Source of the DNA: Squalus acanthias
Lineage: Eukaryota
Direction: 5' to 3'
Assembly: GCA_030390025.1 (NCBI GenBank)
Contig: CM059431.1
Location: forward strand, 153,948,001 to 154,012,000
DNA length: 64,000 bases
The notes beneath the pieces are model-generated. The model was not told the origin of the DNA. It did no database searches and saw only the letters and a list, made by a program, of their open reading frames with translations. The position numbers and the translations under genes are program-made. Numbering within the stretch: the stretch's first letter is position 1; the number at the start of each line of letters is the position of its first letter. This document shows positions 1-12,662 of the stretch, piece after piece.

Positions 1-255
1 GAGGAGGAATTTATTCACCCAGAGAGTGGTGAACCTGTGGAATTCTCTACACAGAAGGCAGTAGAGGCCAATTCATTAAATATATTTAAGAAGGAGTTGG
101 ATATATTTCTTAAAGCTAAAGTGATCAAGCGATATGGGAAGAAGGCAGTGACAGGGTACTGAATTTGGATGATCAGCCATGATCTCATTGAATGGCGGAG
201 CAGGCTCGAGGGACTGAATGGCCTGCTCCTTCTCCTATCTTCTATATTTCTATGA
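1..255 (+). mobile_element. CR1 LINE 3' end
   Basis: Encodes the CR1 ORF2 C-terminus (FTQRVVNLWNSL...), then a 3'UTR and ttctat tail matching the other CR1 copies in the window. Confidence 0.9.
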
Positions 256-852
256 CATGCGCAGAATTCCACGTATCGCGTGGGCCGGCAGAACCAACGA
301 AAGAAGTGAATCCCAATATATGCGTCTGGGGATTCTGCACGACCGGAATCCCCATAAGCATGAATGGGGATGACATAAAAAACATACTGACATACCAAAT
401 AATTAAAAAATGTTACGTATTTAAAATTAATTTAAATACAATTTAATTAAACATTTTAAACAAATGTTTACTATTTTGAAAAATAATTTTAAACGTTTTA
501 AATGTGCTAAAAATAACCTAAATTTATTTTACTGGTTTTTTAAAGTTTAAATAATTGAATTTAAAAAAATATTTATTTAAACACTTATGCTGTCAACAGA
601 ACGCCTTACGCCAGCTTTTACCAGCCAGACGATTTTCACGGGCATTCGCTGGGCAGTAGTTGAGCGAATAACCCAACTCTCTACCCGCGAATGCCCTTTT
701 CCCGGGAATTATTCGTGGCAGATCGTAAGTTCCGAGTTTTCACGCATGCGCTTCCAGTGCCTACGGGTGTGTACGCGGTCGCTCCCTTAGGCACTGGAAA
801 ATACGGGCCAATGTTTTTCCCACCAGTAAATCCCCAAGCAGATCTTTCACCT
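256..852. mobile_element. MITE-like non-autonomous DNA element, probably partial
   Basis: CpG-rich flanks around a very AT-rich core (~400-585); same architecture as the TIR element at 6151-6915. Confidence 0.45.
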
Positions 853-1004
853 GCAGCTCCGAGAATTAAAGTGAAGTGTCCCTTTGCTCTGAGACACTTG
901 TCGTGTCCGGCACCGGCAGTTTCTGTCGCGTAAGTCCCCGCCCAGCGATCGAACAGAATCAACAACATTTCCTCATTGTTTCAAATCAAGCGGCTAAAGC
1001 GAGG

Positions 1005-1067
1005 TATCGCCCTTGCGGAAAGGTTAAGGCGATGACCTAGAATTCAGTATTCGATTCCTGCCGGCTA
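1005..1067 (+). pseudogene. Degenerate tRNA-Ser(AGA)-like relic
   Basis: GGTTAAGGCGATGACCTAGAATTC...TTCGATTCCTGCCGGCTA resembles the vertebrate tRNA-Ser D arm, anticodon arm and T arm; the variable arm is missing. Confidence 0.5.
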
Positions 1068-1305
1068 TGGGCCTCCTCCTTCCCTTTAAAAATAAACAGA
1101 AGGGTCACTATTGTTTTCCAACATAAAGTAATAAATATGGAGCATTTGGTGATACATATGGATAATCTGGTGATAAATATGAGCATTCCCCCCCCCCCTC
1201 ATACTTTAAACAAATCTGTTTGAACATAATTGATCTCTTATCAGTAGTGTGGTTCTTATCGACTCGAACAGATGTCCATTTTATATCTACCACTGCTCCT
1301 TTTTA

Positions 1306-1586
1306 GCAGGCTCGAGGTGCTGAATTGCATCCTGCTATTCGAGTAACGGACACGAGGGCCACATTGGCCTTCGCTTTTTCCTATATATCTTGCTCTAGCG
1401 GCTGAAAGGTCTACTCATGTTTCAATGTAACAGGTTCAAGCGGCTGGATGACCTACTCCTGTTCCTATGTAACAGGCCCGTGGGACCGAATCGATGACTG
1501 CTCTTCCTATGTAACATGTTCGAAGGGTTGAGCGGCCTATTCCCATTCCTGTGTAACATGTCGGTGGAGCGGAATGGCCTACTCTG
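1306..1586 (+). repeat. Tandem array of ~42-bp units derived from a CR1 3' terminus
   Basis: Four clear units begin TGTAACA at ~1427, 1468, 1510 and 1552, each resembling the CR1 3' motif CAGGCTCGAGGGGCTGAATGGCCTACTCCTGTTCCTA; more degenerate units lie upstream. Confidence 0.75.
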
Positions 1587-3150
1587 TATGAATGAATACT
1601 TTGCATCTGTCTTCAATAGAGAAGAGGGTGCTACCAATGTAGCAGTAAAGGAGGAGGTAGTAGCGATATTAGATAGGATAAAAATAGATAAAGAGGAGGC
1701 ACTTAAAATGTTTGCAGTCCTCAAAGTAATAAAGTCACCCGGTCTGGATGGGAGGCATCCTAGTTTACTGAGGGAAATAACGGTGGAAACTGCAGAAGCT
1801 CTGACTACATTTTGCAAATGCTCCTTAGATATGGAGGTTGTGGCAGAGGACTGGAGGATTGCAATACTAAACCACTGTTTAAAAAGGGGAGAGGGATAAT
1901 TCGAACAACTACATTCAAGCTAAAGTCGGTAGTGGGAAACATTTGGAATCAATAATTCAGGACTACATTTTTTGGCTTTTGGAAAAGTATGGGCTAATAA
2001 CTGAAAGTCAGCACCGACTTGTTAAAGGTAAACCGTGTTTGGCTAACATGTTTGAGTTCTTTGATGAAGTAACGGAGAGGGTTGATGAGGGTAATGCGGT
2101 TGACTTTGAGTATGTAGACTTTCAAAAGACTTTTTTCAAAATCCCACATGATAGACTTGTTAGCTAAATTAAAGGTCTTGGAATTAAAAGTACAGCGGCA
2201 TTGTGGATAAGAAATTGCAATGGAACAGATAGGCGAGAGTAGTGGTGAATGGTTGCTTGTTTAGACTGTAGGAAATTATAACGTGGTATTCCCCAGGGCT
2301 CGGACATAGGACCACTGCTCTTTTCGATATATATTAGTGACCGGGACTTGGGGATGTTACGAAACTCCAATATATAGTAAACAATGAGAAGTATAGGAAC
2401 AATATTTAGGATGGCATAGACAGATGGATGAAATGGGCAGACACATGGCTGCCGAAATTTAACGGAGAAAACTATGAATTGATTCATTATGGATGGAAGC
2501 ATGAGGAGACGCAATAACAAGTAAAAAGTACTGTTTTAAAGGAGGTACAGGGACAGAGAAATCTAGGGGTGTCTGTACACAAATCTTTGAAAGTGGCAGG
2601 AAAACTTGAGAAGTGGGAGTCTTGTGCTCAATTCTGGGCGAACCATTTTAGGAAGGCTTTCAAGTACTTAGAGAGGGGGTACAAGAGATTCACTGGAACG
2701 TTATCATGATGAGGCACTTCAGTTATGTGGAGAGAGTGGAGAAGCTGGGGCTGTTCTCCTTAGAGCATAGAAGGTGAAGAGGATTTGTGGTATAAGTGTT
2801 CAAGATCATGAACTGGTTTGATAGAATGAATAAGGAGAAACAGATTTCAGTGGTGGAAGGGTCGTTAACCAGAAGACACAGATTTAAGGTGACAGGGAAA
2901 AGAACCAGAGGCGACAGGAGGAAACATTCTTTACACAGCGAACTGCTGTGATTTGGACTGCACTGCCTGAAAGGGTGGTGGAAAAAGATTCAATGGTAAT
3001 ATTCAATAAAGAAATGGATAAATACTTGGGGGGCGAAATAAATTACATGGCTATGGGCAAGAGCAGTAGAGTGGAATTAATTGGATAAATCTACCAAAGC
3101 GCTGGCACATGGGCCGAACGGTCTCCTTCTGTACTCTATCATTCTCTATA
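1587..3150 (+). mobile_element. Decayed 5'-truncated CR1 (RT region)
   Basis: ORF fragments LNEYFASVF..KSPGLDGRHP, SQHRLVKGKPCL and YVDFQK; CR1-type 3' end. Confidence 0.9.
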
Positions 3151-3639
3151 TAAATAAATCTCCGGAAAATAGGGAGAAAAGACCAGGCTCAGCATCAGGC
3201 TACTAAAGTTGCCATTGAAACGGGCAAAATGTTAGTTGAAATAATGTTTTCGATAACTGCAGCAGCAATAACAAAGTCCTTACTTCGTTTTTTCATGACA
3301 CAGGGCAAAAACAGAACCATAGTGTCGTTAAAGACACAACAGGGCAAACTCTAGCATATGGCTAAGACATTTCAGAGTTTTTGAACGGCTAGGTAGCATC
3401 AGCCTTCACTCCAGTAGATGATGCTCTGTTACCATTAATGCATTGAATAGTTAGTACTGGTGTTGATAATGCCAAAGTAGCTACACGTATAATCCAGAAT
3501 AAAATAATGGGAGTAGGGGATAGGAATTCATCTTGGGCGGCAGTCCAGAATGGGCCGGTACGAATTCGCCGCCTGTTATATTCGACGCCCCATATTCCGT
3601 TCTATTGAAGTCAGTGGAACTTTGTGGTGCCATAAAAGA

Positions 3640-4240
3640 CAAATTGTCTGACAGGGTCCACGTGCGTCTGGCATTCATCCCAAGGGATGTGTTAAGTTTG
3701 CACCTGGTCTATATCCTTAATAGTTCAATACAAATGGTATATTACCACATGAATTGTAGGGAAGTTAATACTGTTCCAAATTTTAAAAGGTAACAATCAG
3801 ATCCAGGAAATTATAAACCAATTAGCTTAACTTCAGCTTAGTGGAAAGTTGTGAGAAGGGATCATTGCCGATACCCTGTATGACCACGTGGAAATAATAG
3901 GAGTTATCAGAGATACACAACATGGCTTCTAAAATAGAATGTCATGTCTCACCAACTTGAGTCATTGTTCTGAGGAAGTAAACCGGTTTGTTGTTGAAAT
4001 TAAATATTTGGAACTTGAGGAAACGTTTAACAAGGTGCCTCACAAGGCCTCACTTCATAACATGGCTTCCTGCGGGAGAAGAGCGTAGATTCTGGATTTG
4101 ATAGGTACTTGATTATATTTTCTCAGAAAAAGGCTTGTTATAAACGGGAGCGGCTCTACGTGGATAACGGTTACTGGTGGAGTCACGTAAGGATCCGTGT
4201 AGTGACCACTGTTCATCCTAAACTACATCCATGCTATAGA
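3640..4240 (+). mobile_element. Old CR1 RT fragment
   Basis: Degenerate NYKPISLTS, QHGF and FNKVPH motifs. Confidence 0.7.
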
Positions 4241-6150
4241 TCAGAGGTTCCCTAACTTTTATTGAGCCCTCATTCGGATTCATGACCGGTCGGGCCACAC
4301 ATCTTTTTCTAAGCAACAGTATTTTTTGGTCCCTAGAAAGATGTCAGAGTTCAATTCTACTGGTATAAAAAGCTGGGGAAAAGTGAGAGAATTTCAAAAT
4401 GCTCAACCTGCTTTCAGGGTTTGTCTGCCTTCAACAGCCAACTACCTCAATGACATCTGTTTTTATGAGGCAATCAGGAAATATTGCAAGAATTGTCTTT
4501 CACTTTAAGTGATGCAGCCTCGCATAGTCACAGTAGATGCATTAGGTGGCGATCGCAGCACAACACTGGAGGTTTGAGACACTGCAAATTTGTAGAAGTG
4601 GACATTGGACCTCTCAGATCTGCTTCTGAGGCAGTAGTACTCGGTTTGTCTGCAGAAGAAGCAGCTCTGGTGGGTTCAAAATTGGCCCAAGTGGCCTTGA
4701 ACCAGCCCGTGTGGAAACTGTGCCTCTTGTACAACATAAGGTTAGACAAGTTAATTCACTGCAATGAATGTGTTGAAGAACTGTTGGAGAGACTGAGCTT
4801 GTGGGGCACCGGCACACATATAAAACATTAATCTTTGCCTGCAGATGAGTTTTCTGAGGTGCAGCATCATGGTGATGAGGAGGAATGAGCAAGGATAAGG
4901 AGCAGAGTCAGAGAAGGTCGAAAGTGCATCTATTGAAATAAATCTTCGATCTGCGTTCGAGTAGGGAGGACAGACACCACACGATGAGCAGCATTATGGA
5001 GTGGAAATTGGAGGCCAGGTGATGGAACAGGATTCTATGTGATAGAATAGCGAATTCTCTCTTCGACCCTGATGAAAGCACACAGCTTTGTCAAATTTAT
5101 AGAGAGGCTTGATGCATCTATGAGGAAGAAAGGAATGGAGGGGTGCGGGGCAGAGTGGAATTAGGTAATTAGATTGAGAGGAGTCTCGAGTGGAGTAAAA
5201 ATACGAACATAGACCACTTGGACCGAATGGTCAGTTTAGTGCTGTAGATCCCATGTATTTCAAGTTGCCCAGATCAGAGTCGGGAATAACATCCTCCGTC
5301 ACTGTGTCCATGGTGCTGTACCCTTGCCGTCTCTCACCTCTCCACAGCATTCACTATTCTATCACATAGGATCCAGGAGGATTGGATCTGCGGCGTTATG
5401 AACACTATTTAATATTGGTGTAAGTGATCTAACGCCCTCAAAAGTGTTATTAAATAAGCTCTTGTGCCTCTCTCCCTAGAATCCCTGTTCGAATCCTTTA
5501 ATTCTCTCTTGGTCCATAGCTTTCTAGGTTACGGCACTTCAAGTGCATATCCAATTACATTTTAAATGTGATGAGGGTTTATGCATCTACCACCCTTTCA
5601 GGCAGTGAGTTCCAGACACCCACCACCCTCTGGGTGAAATCAATCTCCTCAAATCGCCACTAAACAGCCTACCAATTACTTTAAATCTATGCCCCCTGGT
5701 TATTGAACCTTCTTCTAAGGGAAATAAGTCCTTCCTATCCACTTCATCTAGTCTCCTCCTAATTTTATACACCTCAATTCATTCGCCCCTAGGCCTCCTC
5801 TGTTCCAAAGTAAACAACCCAGTCTATCCAATCTTTCCTCATAGCTAAAACTCCCCAGCCCAGGCAACATCCTCGCAAATCTCCTCTGCACCCTCTCCAG
5901 TGCAATCCCATTCTTCCTGTAATGTGGTGACCCAGAACTGCACGCAGTATTCTAGCTGTGGCCTAACTAGTGTTTTATACAGTTCAAGCATATCATCCCT
6001 GCTCTTATATCCTATGCCTCGCTAATAAGGCAAGTGTCCCGCATGCCTTTCTAACCTTCTTATCTACCTGCCCTGCTACCTTCAGGGATTAGTTGACATG
6101 CACTCCAAGGTCCCTCTGTTCCTCTACACTTCTCGGTATCCTACAATTTA

Positions 6151-6915
6151 TTGGGCCAGAAATTCGGGTCAGAGGCTTCCGGAGGATGCAAGACCCCGAC
6201 CTTCACTAACCTAGCACGCCTGCCGTTGTGCTGTGGGCTCGCGTGGGATTCCGGTCCTGGGCCTCCTGCAGCAGCCGGCGTGCAGTGCTTGCGCATCCCA
6301 GGGGCGCAGTTATTTCGAAGCGTTCCCTGGGATCACGTGGGCCATGGAGAGCCAATCGGAGCAGGGAAATTCCATTCATAGATTTGACAGGAAGACCTGT
6401 CAAATCTATGAATAGAGATCACCCCGCAAAACCTAACTAAAAAAAAAAATACATTAAAAAAAAAATCACATTTTTAAAATAACTATAAATTACATAAATT
6501 AACTATTGTAAACAAAATTTATATTTTTGAAAACATTAATTACAGTTTTTAACGGGGCTAAAAATAAACTGACCTTCCTTTAAAGTATTTAAAAAGATAA
6601 ACCTGTAGAAAAAATGTTTAAATTTCACTGAATTCGCAACTTACTTTGTTAAAAGCAGGCCTTGCACCTGGTTTTTTCCTGTGCAGATTCTCCGTACTTA
6701 CCCACACTTGAAAACCTGTAAAAAAAAAGGAAGTTCGCTGCGTGCGCGCTGCCTCTTCGGTGCACGCGTTTGACCTCCGAAGCCCTTCCTGCAAGGAACG
6801 GAAGTTCCGGTTTCCAGCGCAAGCGCAGTGCATGAGCGAAAACCGCACTTACATTGGGTCTACGGGTGAGTACCCAGCGGTTACTCACCCGTGGAGACGC
6901 GAATTTCTGGCCCAA
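6151..6915. mobile_element. MITE with perfect 16-bp terminal inverted repeats
   Basis: TTGGGCCAGAAATTCG (6151-6166) and CGAATTTCTGGCCCAA (6900-6915); AT-rich core; the CR1 sequence resumes on both sides. Confidence 0.85.
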
Positions 6916-8837
6916 TGTGTATTCCTTTGCCTTGTTCGCCCTTTCCAAATGCATTACTTCACACTTCTCCGGATTTAATTTAATTTGCCACTGTTCTGCC
7001 CACCTGACCTGTCCTTTGATATCTTCCTGCAGTGCACAGTTTTCTTCTTCATTATCAACCACACGGCCAATTTTTGTATCATCTGCAAACTTCTTAATCA
7101 TACTTCCTACATTCAAGTCCAAATCATTGAAAAATACAACAAAAAGCAAAGGACCCAATACTGAGCTCTGCGAACCCCAAAGGAGACAACCTTCCAGTCA
7201 CAAAAACACCCTTCGAAAATGTCCCTTCGTTTCCTGGCTCTGACACAATTTTGGATCCAACTTGTCAATTTGCCTTGGATCCCATGGGCATTTATTTTCG
7301 TGACCAGTCAGCCATGCGGGACCTTATCAAAAGCCTTGCTAAAATCCAAATTGCATCAAACGCACTGCCCTCATCGACCCTCCTTGTTACCTCCTCAAAA
7401 AATTCAATAAAGTTAGTCAGACACGACCTTCCCTTAACAAATCCATGCTGACTGTCCCTGATTAATTCGTGTCTTTCTAAATGAAGATTTATCCTGTCTC
7501 TCAGAATTGTTTCCATAATTTTCCCGCCATCGAGATTAGGCTGACTGGCCTGTAATTACTTTGTCTAACCCTTTCTCCCTTTTTTAACAAAATACCACTT
7601 CAGCAGTCCTCCAGTCCGTCGGCACCACAACCTGTAGCCAGAGAGGATTGGAGAATGTTGGTCAGAATCTCTGCTATTTCCTCTCTTACTTCTCTTAACA
7701 TTTCATCCGGTCCTGCAGATTTATCCACATTCAAAAATGCTAAACCCCTTAATACTTCCTCTTCCACTATGTTTATTTAATCTAATATTTCACACTCATC
7801 CTCCCTGATTGCAATGTCTGCCCCGTCCCTCTCTTTTGTGAAATCAGACGCAAATTATTCATTAGGAACCATACCCATATCTTCCACATCCACACACACG
7901 TTACCTTTATGGCCCCTAATAGGCCCTACTCTTACTTTAGTTATCCTCTTGCCCTTAAACATCTTAGGGTTTTCCTTGATTTTACTTGCCAATATTTTTT
8001 CATGCCCTCTCTTTGCTTTCCTGATTTCCTTTTTAATTTCACCCCTGCACTTTCTCTACTCCTCTAGGGTTTCTGCAGTGTTGAGCCCTCGGTATCTGTC
8101 ATAAGCTTCCCTTTTTTCTTTATCCTACCCTGTATGCACCTTGACATCCAGGGAGCTCTAAATCGGTTAGTCCCACACTTTTTCTTTAATGGAAGATACT
8201 TGCTCTGAACCCTCACTAGCTCCTCCTTGAATGCTTCCCACTGCTCTGACACTGACTTACCTTCAGTTTGTAACTCCAGTCCACTTTGGCTAAATCACAT
8301 TTCAGCTTAGTAAAATTAGCTTTTCACCAATTGAGAACTTTTATTCCTGATCTAACCTTGTCCTTTTCCATAACTACCCTAAATCTAACCGAATTATGAT
8401 CAATACCACCAATATGCTCTCCCACTGATACAATGATTTTTCTGAACTATTCTTTATTCTGATAATGTTTTCACTCCCAGTTCTCTCTGAACCTTGTATC
8501 TCCTCACTGGCCCTTCCTTTTGTTGCCCCCTCAATCTGCTAAATTAGTTTATACCATATCCCACAACACTAGTTAACATTCCTGAGAGGATATTGGCTCC
8601 TGCCTGTTACTGTGTAACCCGTCCATCTTGAACAGGGGCATCCTGCACCAGACTTGTCCAACGCACCAGAAAACTGAAGCTCTCCCTCTTGCACCATTTC
8701 TCCAGCCAGGCGTTAACCTGTCTCATTTTACTGCTCCTATACTTACTGGTAGGTGGCATTGGGAGCAATGCAGTGTTTACTAACTTTGAAGTTCTGCTCT
8801 TTAAGATCGTTCCTAGATCCTGCAAAATCTGTCTGTA

Positions 8838-9148
8838 TCACAGAATCACAGAATCCCCACAGTGCAGATAGAGGCCATTTCGGTACATCGAGCCTGCACC
8901 GACACATATCCCACCCTATCCCCGTAACCCCACGTATTTAATCCGCCTGACACTAAGGGTCAATTTATCATAGCCAAATCAACCTAACCCGCACGTCTTT
9001 GGACTGTGGGAGGAAACCGGAGCAAACCCACGCAGACACGGGGAGAATGTGCAAACTCCACACAGACAGTCACCCGAGGCCGGATTCGAACCCGGGTCCC
9101 TGGCGCTGTGAGGCAACAGTGCTAACCTCTATGTCACCGTGTTGCCCA
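8838..9148 (-). mobile_element. V-SINE (HE1-like) tRNA-derived SINE
   Basis: tRNA-like head with B box GGGTTCGAATCC, conserved V-domain TGTGGAGTTTGCACATTCTCCCCGTGTCTGCGTGGGTTT and a LINE-derived tail. Confidence 0.9.
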
Positions 9149-9449
9149 CAACTGTAGGTTCAGAACCCTATTCTACCTACGTTATTGGTTACAACATGGA
9201 CCACGACTGCTGGCTGTTCCCCTTCCCGTCGCAACATGATCTACACCAGTTCAATTATATCCTTTACCATGGCACCAGGGAAGCAACACAACATGCGAGA
9301 CTCACGCCGCCGGTTGCAGAAAATCCTATCTATCAGCATGACCATCGAATCACCTATGCCACTGCATTTCTACACTTATATTCGCCCCCCACCCCCGTGA
9401 AGTGATTTGCCACACTGTGCCGTGGGTGTGCCGTAGAGCACCGTACAAC

Positions 9450-9545
9450 AGTGACTACACTTCAACAAGTGATTAATTGAATATAAAGCATTTGGGACAT
9501 CCTGAGGTTGTGAAAGGCGCTATATAAATGCAAGTTCTTTCTTTA
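9450..9545 (+). mobile_element. L2-type / SINE 3' tail
   Basis: GACTACACTTC...GGGACATCCTGAGGTTGTGAAAGGCGCTATATAAATGCAAG; related copies at ~60975-61040 and ~62675-62740. Confidence 0.55.
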
Positions 9546-11857
9546 GATTGCACTCCTCCGATGTGTCTTTAGTAATGAAAACCAGTTTGAGACTGCCACA
9601 ATCCCGGAGTTTTCCAGCACTGGCGTTCTCTTCCTACCCTGCAAATGACCACCCAATTACTACCCACAATAAAAAGAGTATCGCTGAAAATGAGGCAACG
9701 TATCGAATTATATAAGAACATAAGAAATAGGAGCAGGAGTAAGGCATTTAGCTCCTCGAGTCTGCTCTGCCATTCAATAAGATCATGGGTGATCTTCTAC
9801 CTCATCTCCACTTTCCTGCACTATCACCATATCGCTTGATTCCCTTAATATTCAAAAATCTATCGATCTTTGTCTGGAATATATGTATTCACTGAGCATC
9901 CACAGCCCTCTGAGTAGGAGAATTCGAAAGAATCACCACCCTCTGAGTGAAGAAATGTCTCCTCCTCTCAGTCCTAAATGGCCGACCCCTTATTCTGAGA
10001 CTGTGACAACTGGTTCTAGACTCCCCAGCCAGGGGAATCATCCTCCCTGCATCTACCGTGTCAAGCCCTGTACGAATTTTGTATGTTTCAATGAGATCAC
10101 CTCTCATTCTTATAAACTGAAGAGAATATAGGCCTAGTCTACTTAATCTCTCCTCATCGGACAATTCCCCATCCCAGGAACCAGTCTGGTGAGCCTTCGT
10201 TGCACTCCCTCTACGGCACGTGTATCCTTCCTAAGATAATGAGACCAAAACAGACACAATACTCCAGGTGTGGTCTCACCAGGGCCCTATATAATTGCAG
10301 TAAGACGACTTTACTCTTATACTTCAATCCTCTTGTGATAAAGGCCAACATATCATTTGCTTTCCTAATTGCTTGCTGTACCTGCATGTTAACTTTCAGT
10401 GATTCGTGTACAAGGACACCCAGGTCCCTCTGAACACCATTTCCCAATCTCTCATCATTTAAAAAATACTCTGCTTTGTATTTTTCCTACCAAAGTGGAT
10501 AACTTCACATTTCTCCACGTTATATTCCATTTGCTATGTTCTTACACACTCACTTAGCCTGTCTATATCCTGTTGAAGCCTCCTTGCATCCTCCTCACAA
10601 CTTACATTCCCAGCCAGCTTTTTATCATCAGCAAACGTGGATATATTACATTTGGTCCCCTCATCTAAATCATAGATATAGATGTTGAATAGCTGAGGCT
10701 CAAGCACTGATCGTTGCCGGTTTCCCACTAGTTACAGCCTGCCAACCCGAAAAAGACCCGTTTATTCCTACTCTCTGTTTTCTATCCATTAACCAATCCT
10801 CAATCCATGCTCGTATATTACCCCCAATCCCGTGAGCCCTAATTTTGTTTAATAACCACTTGTCTGGCACCGTATCGAATGCCTTCTGAAAATTCAAATA
10901 CACCACATCAACTGATACCCCCTTTTATATTCTGCTCGTTACAATCTCAAAAACTCAACATATATGACAAACACGATTTCCCTTTCATAAGTCCGTGTTG
11001 AGTCTGCCCAATCCTATTATTATTTTCTAAGTGCTCTGTTACTACATCCTTAATAATAGATTCTAGCATTTTCTCCACCACTGATGTTAGGCTAACTGGT
11101 CTGTAGTTCCCCGTTTTCTTTCTCCCTCCTTTCTTAAATAGTGGGGTTACATTTACAACCTTTCAATCCGCGGGAACCGTTCTAGAATCTATGGAATTTT
11201 GGAAAATGACAACCAATGCATCCACTATCTCTATAGCCAATTCTTTCAAAACTCTAGGATGTAGGCCATCAGGTCCCGGGGATTTATTGGCTTTCAGTAC
11301 CATTAATATCTCCAATTCTAATTTTTTACTCATACTAATGTCTTTCAGTTTCTCATTCTCGTTGGAGCCTTGGTTCTCCATTATTTCCGGCAAGTTTTTT
11401 GCATCTTGTTCTGTGTGGGCAGACACAAAGTATTTGTTTAATTTCTCTGCCATTTCCTTATTCCCCATTATAATTTCTCCTGTCTCAGCCTGTAATTAAC
11501 CGACATTTACTTTCGCTAACTTTGCCTTTTTATATAGCTATGGAAGCTTTTAGAGTCTATTTTTATGTCTCACGCTAGTTTGCTCTCATATTCTATTTTC
11601 CCTTTCTTCATCAATTTGTTGGTCCTCCTTTGCTTAATTTTAAAATCCTTCCAATCCTCAGACTTGCCACTCTTTTTGATAAGATTATAAGCCTCTTCCT
11701 TTGATCTAATACTAACTTTAACTTCTCTTGTTAGCCGCGTTGTGATCACATTTCCTGTGGGGTTTTTATGCCATAAAGCAAGGTTTATTTGTAGTAAATT
11801 ATGTATTAATTCTTTAAATGGTAGCCATTGCTTGTCTACCATCATGCCTTTTAATGT

Positions 11858-11994
11858 CCATGATGTGGAGATGCCGGCGTTGGACTGGGGTGGACAAAAA
11901 TGAGAAGTCGCACAACACCAGGTTATAGTCCAACAGATTTATTTAAAATTACAAGCTTTCGGAGCTGTCGCCCCTTCCTCAGGTAGAGTTATTG
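11858..11994 (-). mobile_element. Short Penelope pLTR / retrozyme-like insertion with 13-bp target-site duplication
   Basis: Flanked by TGCCTTTTAATGT at 11845-11857 and 11995-12007; contains a hammerhead core and a minus-strand AATAAA. Confidence 0.75.
11950..11985 (-). ncRNA. Minimal type I hammerhead ribozyme
   Basis: Minus strand reads TAC-CTGAGGA-A-GGGGC-GACA-GCTCC-GAAA-GCTT-GTA: CUGAnGA and GAAA cores, stem II, palindromic AAGCTT in place of stem III, and a short stem I. Confidence 0.7.
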
Positions 11995-12662
11995 TGCCTT
12001 TTAATGTAGCTTCCCTGTCTACCTTGCCAACTCGCCCCTCATATCTACGTAGTTTGATTTGTTTAGATTTAAGAGGCTAGTTTCGGATTTAACTAATTCA
12101 CTTTCCAAATCAGTATGCAATTCTATCTTATTATGGTTACTCTTCCCTAAATGCCCCTTTACTACACGGTTATTAATTAACACTTACTCGTTACCCAATA
12201 TTAGATGTAAAAGAGCCTGTTCCCTATTTGGTTCCTCAACATACTGATCTAGAGAACTATCTTGCATACATTCCATGAATTCATCCTGCACACTATTACT
12301 GCAAATTGGGTTTGTCCAGTCTATATGTAGATTATAGTCCCCCCATGATCACTGTATTGCCCTTTTTACATGCTCCTCTAATTTCCTGATTTATACTCTG
12401 CCCTACATTACACCTACTGTTTGGGGGCCATAATACAACTCTCACGAATGTTTTCTGCCCCTTGCTGTTTCTTGGCTCCACACAAACTGAGTACCCTGAA
12501 AATAACCACCCAATTACTATCATCAACAAAAAGTGTTGCCGCTGATAATGAGGCAATGTATCGAATTATATAGTCAAGTATGACTCCCGTGACCCCTAAA
12601 ACTCCTTTATGGATACACTTTCCAATGAAGAGCACCAAATTTTGTCTGTAGCAGATTTAAAG

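Larger units (their letters stand above)
5500..9365 (-). mobile_element. Decayed CR1 (ORF1 esterase remnant plus ORF2), interrupted by a MITE and a SINE
   Basis: Minus-strand ORFs 5587-5772, 6649-7158 (KFADDTKIG), 7292-7516 (SQHGFVKGRSCLTN) and 8607-8825 (ORF1 SGNH-type region). Confidence 0.9.
9715..12500 (-). mobile_element. Decayed CR1 ORF2 (EN-RT) with 3' tail
   Basis: Minus ORFs 9889-10164, 10211-10447, 10534-10906, 11163-11468 and 11570-11845 carry CR1 motifs ([30 protein letters not shown]). Confidence 0.92.

Noticed and set aside
880..940. Short CpG-rich exon candidate ending GC|GTAAGT
   Set aside because: Too short, with no independent support.
1422..1586. CRISPR-like array (repeated TGTAACA with variable intervening sequence)
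   Set aside because: The apparent spacers are homologous to each other and to CR1 3' ends; eukaryotic context, no cas genes.
4240..5060. Possible hAT-type fragment or host exon (ORFs 4484-4892)
   Set aside because: The start resembles a hAT TIR, but I found no matching end or recognisable protein motif.
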